A DNA stretch of 38,420 nucleotides from Acidimicrobiia bacterium (GTDB taxonomy: Bacteria; Actinomycetota; Acidimicrobiia; Spongiisociales; UBA5794), in assembly GCA_027036355.1 (NCBI GenBank), contig JALVQZ010000125.1, positions 1 through 38,420 of the forward strand, given 5' to 3'. Both the position numbers and the translations under genes were made by a program. Positions 9,518-17,769 of the stretch are shown one piece after another (the first letter of the stretch is position 1; every line of letters starts with the position of its first letter). The notes below the pieces were generated by a model, which was not told the DNA's origin, ran no database searches, and saw nothing but the letters and a program-made list of their open reading frames with translations.

Positions 9518-10281
9518 ACATCGACGTCGAGGCCGCCTTCGTCTTCGGGACCCTCCTCGCGATGGCTCGGATGATCGGCTTCGTCGTCGCCTCGCCGATC
9601 TACTCCAAGGCCATCCCGATGCCGGGCAGGATCGCCTTCGTCACGGTGCTCGGCTTCTTCTTCGCGGGCGACGGCGCCAACCCCCACACGATGGGCACGC
9701 TCATCGCATGGCTCATCGCCAACCTGGCCGTGGGGATCGTGCTCGGGTTCGTCACCGGGCTGATCTTCCACCTGTTCACCATGGCCGGAGCCATGGTCGA
9801 CTTCTCGTCCGGGCTCTCGATCGCCCAGGTGTTCGATCCGCTGTCCGCCAACCGGTCGGCGCCCTTCGGGCGTTCCTTCAACATCATCGCCCTGACCATC
9901 TTCTTCGCCATCGGAGGGCACCGGCTCGTCGTCGAGGGCATGGCCGCCTCCTTCCAGACGATCGGCCTCACCGGTTCGCTCGATCTGTCGCCGGACCTGG
10001 CGGCTGCCGCCATCGAGCTGCTCTCCCGGTCGTTCGTCGCCGCCCTGGAGCTCGCCATGCCCGTGGTCACCGCGTTGTTCGTCACCGAGCTCGTGCTGGG
10101 CATCGCCTCGCGATTCGCTCCCCAGTCGAACGTCTTCATGGTCGGGTTGCCGCTCAAGCTGATCATCGCCCTCTCCAGCGTCGGCGTCATCGTCTTGTTG
10201 ATGCCCGACTCCCTCGACGGGGCGATGCGGGTCATGCGTGACGCCTTCGCCCAGGTCGTCAACGGCATGGCCGCGGGATGA
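9514..10281 (+). CDS. fliR: Export gate protein FliR
   Basis: Polytopic membrane protein with AG..VDF..GL.IAQVFDP and RFAPQ.NVF.VGLPLK. Confidence 0.92.
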   Translation: MNIDVEAAFVFGTLLAMARMIGFVVASPIYSKAIPMPGRIAFVTVLGFFFAGDGANPHTMGTLIAWLIANLAVGIVLGFVTGLIFHLFTMAGAMVDFSSGLSIAQVFDPLSANRSAPFGRSFNIIALTIFFAIGGHRLVVEGMAASFQTIGLTGSLDLSPDLAAAAIELLSRSFVAALELAMPVVTALFVTELVLGIASRFAPQSNVFMVGLPLKLIIALSSVGVIVLLMPDSLDGAMRVMRDAFAQVVNGMAAG

Positions 10282-10290
10282 CTCCGTTCC

Positions 10291-10317
10291 TAAACCCCAC
10301 CCGTTCGATGCCGACTG
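10291..10317 (+). promoter_or_regulatory. sigma28-type promoter upstream of flhB
   Basis: cTAAA-N15-GCCGACTG. Confidence 0.7.
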
Positions 10318-10320
10318 GAC

Positions 10321-10359
10321 CGGTGCCCATGGAGCGGGCACCGAACGCCATGGAACGGC
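10321..10359 (+). promoter_or_regulatory. Two CsrA-type ATGGA hairpins in flhB leader
   Basis: CGGTGCCC-ATGGAGC-GGGCACCG (10321-10343) and GCC-ATGGAAC-GGC (10347-10359). Confidence 0.65.
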
Positions 10360-10383
10360 TGCGAACGCCGACGCGGAGCCACC

Positions 10384-11430
10384 ATGAGCGACCGGTCCCA
10401 GGACCGCACCGAGAAGCCGACTCCCCGCAAACGCCGGGAAGCGCGCCGTGAGGGGCGCGTCGCCCGCAGCCAGGAGGTCGGCGTCGCCCTGTCCCTGGTG
10501 GTGCTCGTCGCTTCGGTCCGCTTCCTCTTCCCGCTCGTGGCCCCTCGCCTCCTCGTCGCCGCCAGGGACCTGCTCATCCTCAGTGGGACCGGCCGCATCA
10601 CCCTGGGCGTCCAGGACGCGATCGTCGACATGGTGATCTTCGGACTGCTGCCGGTCCTCGGGCTCGCCACGGTCTTCGGGATCGTCGGCGGCGTGATGCA
10701 GGTCGGGTTCTCCCTGGCGCCCAAGGCCATGAAGCCGAAGCTGTCGAACCTGTCGCCGAAGAAGGGCCTCCAGCAGTTCAAGCCGTCGGTGTTCGGCTGG
10801 AACCTGGTCAAGACGCTCCTCAAGCTGGGGCTCCTCGCCCTGGTGGTCTGGGCGCCGCTCCATGCGGCGCTCTCGGGGCCGCTGGTGCCCTACGGGCTGG
10901 GCAACGCCGTCGGCAATGTGACCGCGATCGCCTGGAAGATCGTCGTGGGAGCCACGGTGTTGGCGGTGGCGATCGCCGGCGCCGACTACGGCGTCACCTG
11001 GTGGCGGACCGAGAAGGAACTCAAGATGACCAAGCAGGAACTCAAGGAGGAGCACAAGACCTCCGAAGGGGACCCGTTGGTGAAACAGCAAAGGAGGCGG
11101 CGTGCAGCCGAGCTGTCGAGGAACCGCATGATCTTCAACGTGGCCTCCGCCGACGTCGTCGTCACGAACCCGACCCATCTCGCGGTCGCGCTCCGCTACG
11201 GGCCGGGAGATCCCGCGCCGAAGGTCGTCGCCAAGGGTGCGGACTCGGTCGCCGCCCGGATCCGGCGGGAGGCGTACCGCCATGGCATCGTCGTGGTCGA
11301 GAACAAACCCATCGCCCGGGCCCTGTTCCGGACCGTCAAGCTCGACCACTTCGTTCCCGCTGCCCTGTTCGAGGCGGTGGCGACGGTCCTCGCCGTCGCC
11401 TACCGGCGCCGGGGGAGGAGGGTCGCGTGA
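10384..11430 (+). CDS. flhB: Export switch protein FlhB
   Basis: RTEKPTPRK..EAR.EG, EGDP and the NPTH autocleavage motif. Confidence 0.95.
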   Translation: MSDRSQDRTEKPTPRKRREARREGRVARSQEVGVALSLVVLVASVRFLFPLVAPRLLVAARDLLILSGTGRITLGVQDAIVDMVIFGLLPVLGLATVFGIVGGVMQVGFSLAPKAMKPKLSNLSPKKGLQQFKPSVFGWNLVKTLLKLGLLALVVWAPLHAALSGPLVPYGLGNAVGNVTAIAWKIVVGATVLAVAIAGADYGVTWWRTEKELKMTKQELKEEHKTSEGDPLVKQQRRRRAAELSRNRMIFNVASADVVVTNPTHLAVALRYGPGDPAPKVVAKGADSVAARIRREAYRHGIVVVENKPIARALFRTVKLDHFVPAALFEAVATVLAVAYRRRGRRVA

Positions 11431-13487
11431 AGATCCGCTCCTCGACGATCGTTCCGCTGACGCTGGTCGCCATCGTCCTGTTGATGGTCGTGCCGGTGTC
11501 GCCGCGGGTCCTCGACGTGCTGCTGGCGGCGAACATCACCCTGGCGATCCTGATCATGGTCGGAACGATCTTCCTCAAGGACAGCCTCGACTTCGCCATC
11601 TTCCCGTCGTTGCTGTTGATCACCACGATGGCTCGCCTCGCCTTGAACGTCTCGTCGACCCGGCTCATCCTGCTCAACGGCGACGCCGGCAAGGTCATCG
11701 AGACCTTCGGCAGCTACGTCGTCGGCGGGTCGATCGTGGTGGGGCTCGTCGTGTTCCTGATCCTCATCGTCATCCAGTTCGTCGTCATCACCAACGGCTC
11801 GACGCGGGTCGCCGAGGTGGGGGCCCGGTTCACGTTGGACGCCATGCCGGGCAAGCAGATGGCGATCGACGCCGACCTCGCGTCGGGGCTCATCGACGAG
11901 AACCAGGCCCGTGAGGCCCGCAAGCGCATCGCCGCCGAGGCGGACTTCTACGGTGCGATGGACGGAGCGTCGAAGTTCGTCAAGGGCGACGCCATCGCGT
12001 CGCTCATCATCGTGGCGATCAACCTCATCGGCGGGCTCGCCATCGGGATGGCGTCCCTCGGTCTCTCCTTCGGGGACGCCGTCAACCAGTACGTCCTCCT
12101 GTCGGTCGGTGACGGCCTGGTCTCGCAGATCCCCGCCCTGCTCATCTCGATCAGCACCGGTCTGCTGGTCACCCGGGTCGGAACCGAGACCGACATGGGC
12201 GAACAGATCGGGATCCAGCTCTTCGGCAGCCGGCGGGCGCTCATCTACGCGGCGGTGGCGGTCGCCGGACTCGCCATGCTCCCGGGCTTCCCGAAGCTCC
12301 CCTTCTTCGCCGTCGCCGGCGTGCTGTACCTCGTCGCCGCACGGCGTTCCGACGACGACCACGAGGCGGCCGCCGACGCCGATGACGAGACCCCACGGCT
12401 TTCCCTCGACCCGGAGGAGCCCGAGGCGATCATCGGTGAGATGCGGATCGAGCCGCTCGAGCTGCGCCTGTCCTACGACATCTTGGACCTGATCGACGCG
12501 GCCAAGGGCGGAGATCTCCTCGAACGGGTACGGGCGCTCCGCCACCAGATCGCCCTCGAGCTCGGCATCGTCATGCCCCTCGTCCGTACCCGCGACGACG
12601 CATCGTTGCCACCGTCGACGTACTCGATCGTTCTGCGGGGCACCGAGGTCGGACGGGGTCTCGCTCCCCGCGACCAGATCTTGGCGTTGCCCATCGATGC
12701 CGGCTCGGAGCTGCGCGGGCTGGGCGGCATCGAGACCGTGGAGCCGGTGTTCGGTCTCCCGGCGTTCTGGGTGCCCGAATCGGCGCGTGCCACCGCTGCG
12801 GCCACCGGGGCCACCGTCGTCGATCGCGCCTCGGTGCTGGTGACCCACCTGGCCGAGGTGGTCCGAACCAACGCCCCGTCGCTGCTGTCCCGCCAGGACG
12901 TGCAACGGCTCGTCGAAGGCCTGCGCTTCGAAGAGCCCGTTCTCGCCAACGAGGTGGGGACCGAGTTCCTGCCGCTGAGCCTGCTCCACGAAGTGCTGCG
13001 CGGCCTGCTCGCCGACCGGGTGTCGATCCGGGACCTGAGCCCCATCGTGGAGGCGGTCGCCGCCAAGGCCCACGAGACGAGGAACGTCGAGCAGCTCGTC
13101 GCCGCCGCTCGGGTCGCGGTCGGCCGGGCGATCGTCACCGGCATCGCTCGGGACGGCAAGTTGGGGGTGATCACGTTGGAGCCCGGCCTCGAGGCCGGAC
13201 TGCACGAGTCGATCCGCGACGCGGACGGGACGTCGCTGCTCGCCATCGACGCCAACCGGCTCATCGGTCTGCAGCGGGAGATCGAACGCTGCGCCACCGA
13301 CGCCGCCCGTCAGGACGTCCCTGCCGCCATCGTGTGCGGCTCGGCGCTGCGGGGACCGCTGCAGCGCACGGTCACCTCCATGAGCATCGACCTCGCCGTT
13401 CTCGCCTACCCGGAGCTTCCCCCAGATATCGAACTCATCGCCGTCGGAGTGATCGGAGTGAATGATGCACACCCAGCAGTCGCCTGA
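11427..13487 (+). CDS. flhA: Export gate protein FlhA
   Basis: GTGA overlap; RVAEVGARFTLDAMPGKQMAIDADL, FYGAMDGASKFVKGDAIA, GDGLVSQIPAL. Confidence 0.96.
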   Translation: MKIRSSTIVPLTLVAIVLLMVVPVSPRVLDVLLAANITLAILIMVGTIFLKDSLDFAIFPSLLLITTMARLALNVSSTRLILLNGDAGKVIETFGSYVVGGSIVVGLVVFLILIVIQFVVITNGSTRVAEVGARFTLDAMPGKQMAIDADLASGLIDENQAREARKRIAAEADFYGAMDGASKFVKGDAIASLIIVAINLIGGLAIGMASLGLSFGDAVNQYVLLSVGDGLVSQIPALLISISTGLLVTRVGTETDMGEQIGIQLFGSRRALIYAAVAVAGLAMLPGFPKLPFFAVAGVLYLVAARRSDDDHEAAADADDETPRLSLDPEEPEAIIGEMRIEPLELRLSYDILDLIDAAKGGDLLERVRALRHQIALELGIVMPLVRTRDDASLPPSTYSIVLRGTEVGRGLAPRDQILALPIDAGSELRGLGGIETVEPVFGLPAFWVPESARATAAATGATVVDRASVLVTHLAEVVRTNAPSLLSRQDVQRLVEGLRFEEPVLANEVGTEFLPLSLLHEVLRGLLADRVSIRDLSPIVEAVAAKAHETRNVEQLVAAARVAVGRAIVTGIARDGKLGVITLEPGLEAGLHESIRDADGTSLLAIDANRLIGLQREIERCATDAARQDVPAAIVCGSALRGPLQRTVTSMSIDLAVLAYPELPPDIELIAVGVIGVNDAHPAVA

Positions 13488-14598
13488 GGACATCGTCGTC
13501 GAGGCCGCGGATCTCGAGACCGCCCTGGCCGAAGTCGCCCAGCGTCTCGGACCCGAGGCCGAGATCGTCGATGCCCAGAAGGTCCACAAGGGAGGCCTCG
13601 GTGGCTTCTTCGCCAAGGAGCTCGTACAGGTCACCGCCCGGGTGCCCGCCGCCATGGCGGGTGTCGCCGGTGCCATCGACGCGCTCGTCGACGTCGCCGA
13701 TGGCGGCGAGGCCGACTTCCGCGAGGTCCTGCGGGAACGGATGATCGACCCGCCGATCGATCCTCCCGTCGACGCCGAGGGATCGGCGGGCCCCGACCCG
13801 CGTCCGGTCGGCCCGATGGCGCAGGCCGCCGCGGCCGCGACCGGAGCCACCGACACGGTCGCTCCGTCCGTGCCGGTCATGATGGTCAGCTCCCCGATCG
13901 ATGCCGACATCGAGCCCGACGCGCCCGCGGCGTGGCTGGCGACCGAGGCCGGAGGCACCGAGACCGCCCACGCGACCGCACCGGTGTGGGGTGCCGCCGA
14001 GTCCGGGCCGCCCGACTGGCGAGCCGACGACGGCGAGGCTCCCGAAGGGATGGGACGGGTCGACTGGAGCGCCACGGCCCTGGCGCGGATCGGCCTCCCG
14101 ACCGAGATCGTGGAAGCCACCAAGGGGCTGGACCCGCGCGACGACCTGGCGTGGGTGGGTGCGATCGCCCGGGCGGTGGCACCGCTGTGCGGTGCGCTGC
14201 CGGACGTTCCGATGCTCATCGTCGGCGCCCACGCCGACCGTCTCGCCGAGCCGCTCGACGTGCCACTGGTCAACCCGCCCGGCATGCCGCCCTACTCGGG
14301 ATCGGTCTGTGCCGTCGTCTCCAACGACCAGCGGGACCTCGACTGGCTGCGCTTCGTCCGGGGCGACCGGAAGCTGCATCTGGTGGTGGGGGAGGACCCG
14401 TGGCGTGAGCTCCTCGTCGACGATCCGCTCGTCGTGTCGTGGTCGGGCGACCGTGGCGTCATCGATGCCATCTATCTCGCCAGCACCTTGGGTGGCTCAC
14501 TCGGATACGGGACGGTCGACGGGTTCGCCTCGGGGATGGTCAGGGCCCGCCCCGTCGATGTCGCCCTCGCGGTGCGCCGTCTCGTCGGGAGGCGATGA
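13462..14598 (+). CDS. FlhF-like protein lacking GTPase motifs
   Basis: FlhF-type N-terminus (A.DLE.AL..V...LGPEA.IV...KV..GG..GFF.KE.V.VTA) at the flhF position after flhA; no GxxGxGKTT or DTAG visible. Confidence 0.6.
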   Translation: MMHTQQSPEDIVVEAADLETALAEVAQRLGPEAEIVDAQKVHKGGLGGFFAKELVQVTARVPAAMAGVAGAIDALVDVADGGEADFREVLRERMIDPPIDPPVDAEGSAGPDPRPVGPMAQAAAAATGATDTVAPSVPVMMVSSPIDADIEPDAPAAWLATEAGGTETAHATAPVWGAAESGPPDWRADDGEAPEGMGRVDWSATALARIGLPTEIVEATKGLDPRDDLAWVGAIARAVAPLCGALPDVPMLIVGAHADRLAEPLDVPLVNPPGMPPYSGSVCAVVSNDQRDLDWLRFVRGDRKLHLVVGEDPWRELLVDDPLVVSWSGDRGVIDAIYLASTLGGSLGYGTVDGFASGMVRARPVDVALAVRRLVGRR

Positions 14599-14834
14599 CC
14601 GTGGGGATGCGCCAGATCTCGGCCATCTTGGGTCTGTTCGCGCTCGCCCCGATCGGGTTGATGCTGATCAAGGGTCAGCTGTCGCTTCCCGAGGCGGCGA
14701 CCCGCGCCGGGATCGTTCTGGTCGCGGTGATGGTCGTCACCTGGCTGGGGCGTCTCGGCGTCGCCATCCTCGCTCGCTCGATGGAGGCGGCCGTTCCCCG
14801 ACGCCGGGCCTCCGACGTCGTCGTCGAGGACTGA
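14595..14834 (+). CDS. Small two-TM membrane protein of unknown function
   Basis: ATGA overlap and GGAGG SD; two hydrophobic helices with a PRRRASD tail; 79 aa. Confidence 0.7.
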   Translation: MTVGMRQISAILGLFALAPIGLMLIKGQLSLPEAATRAGIVLVAVMVVTWLGRLGVAILARSMEAAVPRRRASDVVVED

Positions 14835-14840
14835 CCGGCG

Positions 14841-16337
14841 TCACAGATCCTCGAGGACCGCGACGACGGTGGGATCGAATCGCGATCCGGCTTCGTCCTT
14901 GATCCTGGTCAGGGCCTCGGGGGTCGGATCCGGAGCCGAGGACCAGCGATCGAGCGCATCGGCGACGGCGAGGATGCGGGCCTCGAAGGGGATGTCGGTC
15001 CCTTCGGTCCCGTCGGGGAAGCCCGTGCCGTCCCAGTGCTCGTGGTGGCCTGCGATGGTGTCGGCCACGACGTTCCCGGCCGGGATCCGGACGATGTCGG
15101 CTCCCAGCCGCGGATGGGACCGGTAGGCCTCCGACCCGTCGTCGCCTTCCGGGAACCGCTCGTCGGCGGGAACGTGGATCTTGCCGAGATCGTGGAGCCG
15201 GGCGGCGAGGCGGACCGCCGCCAGGCGGCGTCCTTCCAACCCGAGGCGTTGGGCGAGGTCGGCGACGATCCGCTCCACCCGCAGCCCGTGCCCGGGCCCC
15301 GACGGATCGTCCTGTTCCACGACGTCGACGGCCTGGAGCAGGGCTTCGAGCTCGGTGGTGGCGGAGAAGACCCGGGTGAGGCTGTCGGCGCCGACGATGC
15401 GCTCGCCCAGGCTCCCGTCGACGCACGCGGCGAGTCCCCGCTCGGCGAGCTCCCGGACCGTGGCCACGTCGGAGCCGGTCTCCGGCCCGGCGTGGCCCAT
15501 CGCCAGGACGAGCGGCGCCGAACGGTCGGGGGCGAAGGTCGACGCGATCGACGACATCTCGTGTCCCAACGACGCGAACTCGTCGGCGGCGAGGATCTCG
15601 GCGAGGACGGCGAACTCGTTGTCGCCGACCGAGAAGATGTCGGCGCCTCGGATCCGGCAGGCCTGCTGCATCTGGGATCCGAGCCGCCGCTTGAGGAGCT
15701 TGGTGGCTTCGCGTCCCAGGCGCCCCGTCGGCGAGCCGAGGACCTTCACGGCGCCGTAGCGGGGAACGGTCCCGGCTTGACTGAGCGCGGCGAGACGTTC
15801 GGCGAGGGCGGCCGGGCCGGGCAGGTTCGATGCCGGATCCCGGTCGAACACCACCGGCGCCGCGTCGCCGTTGCCGAGTCGTTCGAGACGTTGCGCGTAC
15901 GTTTCGAGCACGTCCTCCTCGGGCGAGCCGTCCTCGACGTGGAGCCGGATCGCCTCTTCGTTGCCTTCGGCCACGATGGCGGTTCCGCCGCACGCCATCA
16001 GCGCCGCCGCCGTCGCTTCGCCGGCGGGATGGGTCAGGACGATGACCGGGATGTCGGTCGTCTCCATGGCGCAGATCTGCGAGACGGCCTCCGGCGGCGC
16101 ATAGCGGGTGGCCACGACGACGGCCGCGGCGGTGCTCTTCGCCTCGTCGTCGTCGACCAGCTCGTAGCCGTAGGCCGCCAGACGGGACCTGAGGGGATCG
16201 GGCGCCCACGGCGAGTAGAGGGTCAGGGTGGGGATCTCGACGGCCGGTTCGGTCTCGGGAGACGCCGGAGCGGATTCGGCCTCTTCGGCCGCGGCGGTCT
16301 CCGGCGGGGCCTCGAGCTCGGTTGCGGATCCTGCCAC
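14841..16337 (-). CDS. HD-GYP phosphodiesterase with N-terminal receiver-like and degenerate GGDEF domains
   Basis: GTG start after AAGGAGG; LHDLGK, HHEHWDGTGFP and ARILAVAD; central RDPASNLP...VGDNEFAVL. Confidence 0.85.
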   Translation of the reverse strand: MAGSATELEAPPETAAAEEAESAPASPETEPAVEIPTLTLYSPWAPDPLRSRLAAYGYELVDDDEAKSTAAAVVVATRYAPPEAVSQICAMETTDIPVIVLTHPAGEATAAALMACGGTAIVAEGNEEAIRLHVEDGSPEEDVLETYAQRLERLGNGDAAPVVFDRDPASNLPGPAALAERLAALSQAGTVPRYGAVKVLGSPTGRLGREATKLLKRRLGSQMQQACRIRGADIFSVGDNEFAVLAEILAADEFASLGHEMSSIASTFAPDRSAPLVLAMGHAGPETGSDVATVRELAERGLAACVDGSLGERIVGADSLTRVFSATTELEALLQAVDVVEQDDPSGPGHGLRVERIVADLAQRLGLEGRRLAAVRLAARLHDLGKIHVPADERFPEGDDGSEAYRSHPRLGADIVRIPAGNVVADTIAGHHEHWDGTGFPDGTEGTDIPFEARILAVADALDRWSSAPDPTPEALTRIKDEAGSRFDPTVVAVLEDL

Positions 16338-16340
16338 GGC

Positions 16341-16377
16341 GCACCTCCTTGTTGCCGACCCGTTGCATCCGTGCAAC
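16341..16377 (-). promoter_or_regulatory. CsrA-type hairpins in HD-GYP leader
   Basis: Minus strand GTTGC-ACGGAT-GCAAC (16362-16377), then CAAGGAGGTGC over the SD. Confidence 0.7.
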
Positions 16378-16395
16378 CCGGCGGATCTGCCGACC

Positions 16396-16422
16396 CTGTC
16401 GGCGGGAGCCTGGTGCGGTGAA
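16396..16422 (-). promoter_or_regulatory. sigma28-type promoter for the HD-GYP gene
   Basis: Minus strand cTTCA-N15-GCCGACAG. Confidence 0.55.
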
Positions 16423-16435
16423 GGTCTCGGTCACG

Positions 16436-16462
16436 TAAACATCGCCCCGTTCCGGCCGACAG
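16436..16462 (+). promoter_or_regulatory. sigma28-type promoter for FlgN paralog
   Basis: TAAA-N15-GCCGACAG. Confidence 0.7.
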
Positions 16463-16472
16463 GAACGGGGAC

Positions 16473-16559
16473 ATGAGCCACCTCATCGCACCTGCGTCGA
16501 TCCCGGCGGGCGCCTCCCGCCGGTCGTGGCGCGGTCTCACGTGGAGGAGCGCCCGATGA
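16473..16559 (+). other. Possible 28-aa upstream ORF coupled to FlgN paralog
   Basis: MSHLIAPASIPAGASRRSWRGLTWRSAR; its TGA overlaps the downstream ATG (ATGA, 16556-16559). Confidence 0.25.
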
Positions 16560-17095
16560 CCCTCGGTGACGCGGTGTCCGGCTTGATCGGTCCACATCAG
16601 GTGCCGCCACCGTCACCGGCGACCGCCGGTGGCGCCGAGGAGCGGATGCGAGCACTGCTCGCGTTGCTCGACGAGGAGCGGAGCATGCTCGAGAGGCTCG
16701 TGCACAAGCTGGCGGCGGCGACGGTCCTGGCCGAGGCCGCCGAGGACGTCTACCTCCTCAGGGCTGCCGACGAGGTCGTGGAAGCCGAGGAGGACCTCGG
16801 TGCCATGGAACTGGCGAGGGCGATGATGGTCGCCGACATCTGCGATCTGCTCGGCTTCGCCAACGAACTCACCCTCACCCAGCTCACCCAGGTCGCGCCG
16901 GAGGGTCTCAGGGAACCGCTCGAGCGTCGCCGGAGCGAACTCCTCGCCCAGGTCGACGACGTCAACCGGCTCAGGGAACGAGGTCGCGGCGCCGTCGAGG
17001 AGCGGCTGGCGCGGATCGAGCAGGGACTGTCCGGCCTGGAGGCCGCGATGGAAGACGGACGCTACGAGCCGCCGTCGTCGCGACGCTTCACCTGA
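16556..17095 (+). CDS. FlgN-like export chaperone, second paralog
   Basis: GGAGG SD; aligns by eye with 20019-20537 (ER..L..KL; TL..L...APE.LRE). Confidence 0.7.
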   Translation: MTLGDAVSGLIGPHQVPPPSPATAGGAEERMRALLALLDEERSMLERLVHKLAAATVLAEAAEDVYLLRAADEVVEAEEDLGAMELARAMMVADICDLLGFANELTLTQLTQVAPEGLREPLERRRSELLAQVDDVNRLRERGRGAVEERLARIEQGLSGLEAAMEDGRYEPPSSRRFT

Positions 17096-17319
17096 TCGGG
17101 TCGGGTCTCGGCGAAGCGGCGTTTGGCCTCGGCAGCATGCTCGACGGCGGCCAGGTTCTCCCGTTTGACCTGCTCGTACACCTCGGCCCGATGGACCTGG
17201 ACGCTGCGGGGAGCGTCGATCCCGATCCGCACCTGACCGCCGCGAACCTCGACGATCGTGATGACGATGTCGTTCTGGATGACGATGGATTCTCCGGGGC
17301 GACGGGTGAGGACGAGCAT
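17062..17319 (-). CDS. csrA: Translational regulator CsrA
   Basis: MLVLTRRPGESIVI..DI.I.IVEVRGGQVRIGIDAPRSVQVHRAE with the C-terminal extension typical of FliW-paired CsrA. Confidence 0.97.
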   Translation of the reverse strand: MLVLTRRPGESIVIQNDIVITIVEVRGGQVRIGIDAPRSVQVHRAEVYEQVKRENLAAVEHAAEAKRRFAETRPDQVKRRDDGGS

Positions 17320-17714
17320 CAGGCGGCCGTCAGTTCGAATCGGGCCCTGGCGGGATAGCCGCTGTCGGAGAGCACCACCTGCCGGCCGATGCGCTCGGCG
17401 GCATTGACGACGAACGGGCCGAGGAGGTTGAGGTAGAGCGCGCCTTCGTCTTCGGCGTCGAAGGTCACCGAACAGAACACCGTGGCATCTTCGGGTCGCT
17501 CGATGGAGAGATCGGCCTCGTCCTCGGACGAGAGCTCCAGGGTGTAGTCGGGCACGAACAGCCACGGCACGGTGACCAGCATGGCGATCTCGGGATCGTC
17601 GACCGAGCGCAGCTCGTAGAACGCCGAGTCGGGCGCGAGCTCGACGAGCACGAACCGTTCCAGCTCGGGGAACCCGGGGATACCGCCCGGGAAGCGGATG
17701 ATCTTGTCTTCCAT
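17319..17714 (-). CDS. fliW: Flagellar assembly factor / CsrA antagonist FliW
   Basis: IRFPGGIPGFP, PW.FVPDY, NLLGP.VVN....GRQVVL; TGATG coupled to csrA. Confidence 0.93.
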   Translation of the reverse strand: MEDKIIRFPGGIPGFPELERFVLVELAPDSAFYELRSVDDPEIAMLVTVPWLFVPDYTLELSSEDEADLSIERPEDATVFCSVTFDAEDEGALYLNLLGPFVVNAAERIGRQVVLSDSGYPARARFELTAA

Positions 17715-17769
17715 GGTCACCGATCTGCAGTGGGAGCGGTCGGGGTGCAGGGTAGCGCCGAGATCTCCG

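Noticed and set aside
16556-17095. RsiG-type c-di-GMP-binding anti-sigma
   Set aside because: ExxxSxxRxxxQxxxD is not present (closest are EERSMLER and ERRRSELLAQ); it aligns better with FlgN
17721-17769. Internal housekeeping promoter for fliW-csrA (TACCCT, minus strand 17749-17754)
   Set aside because: Only a hexamer with no -35 support
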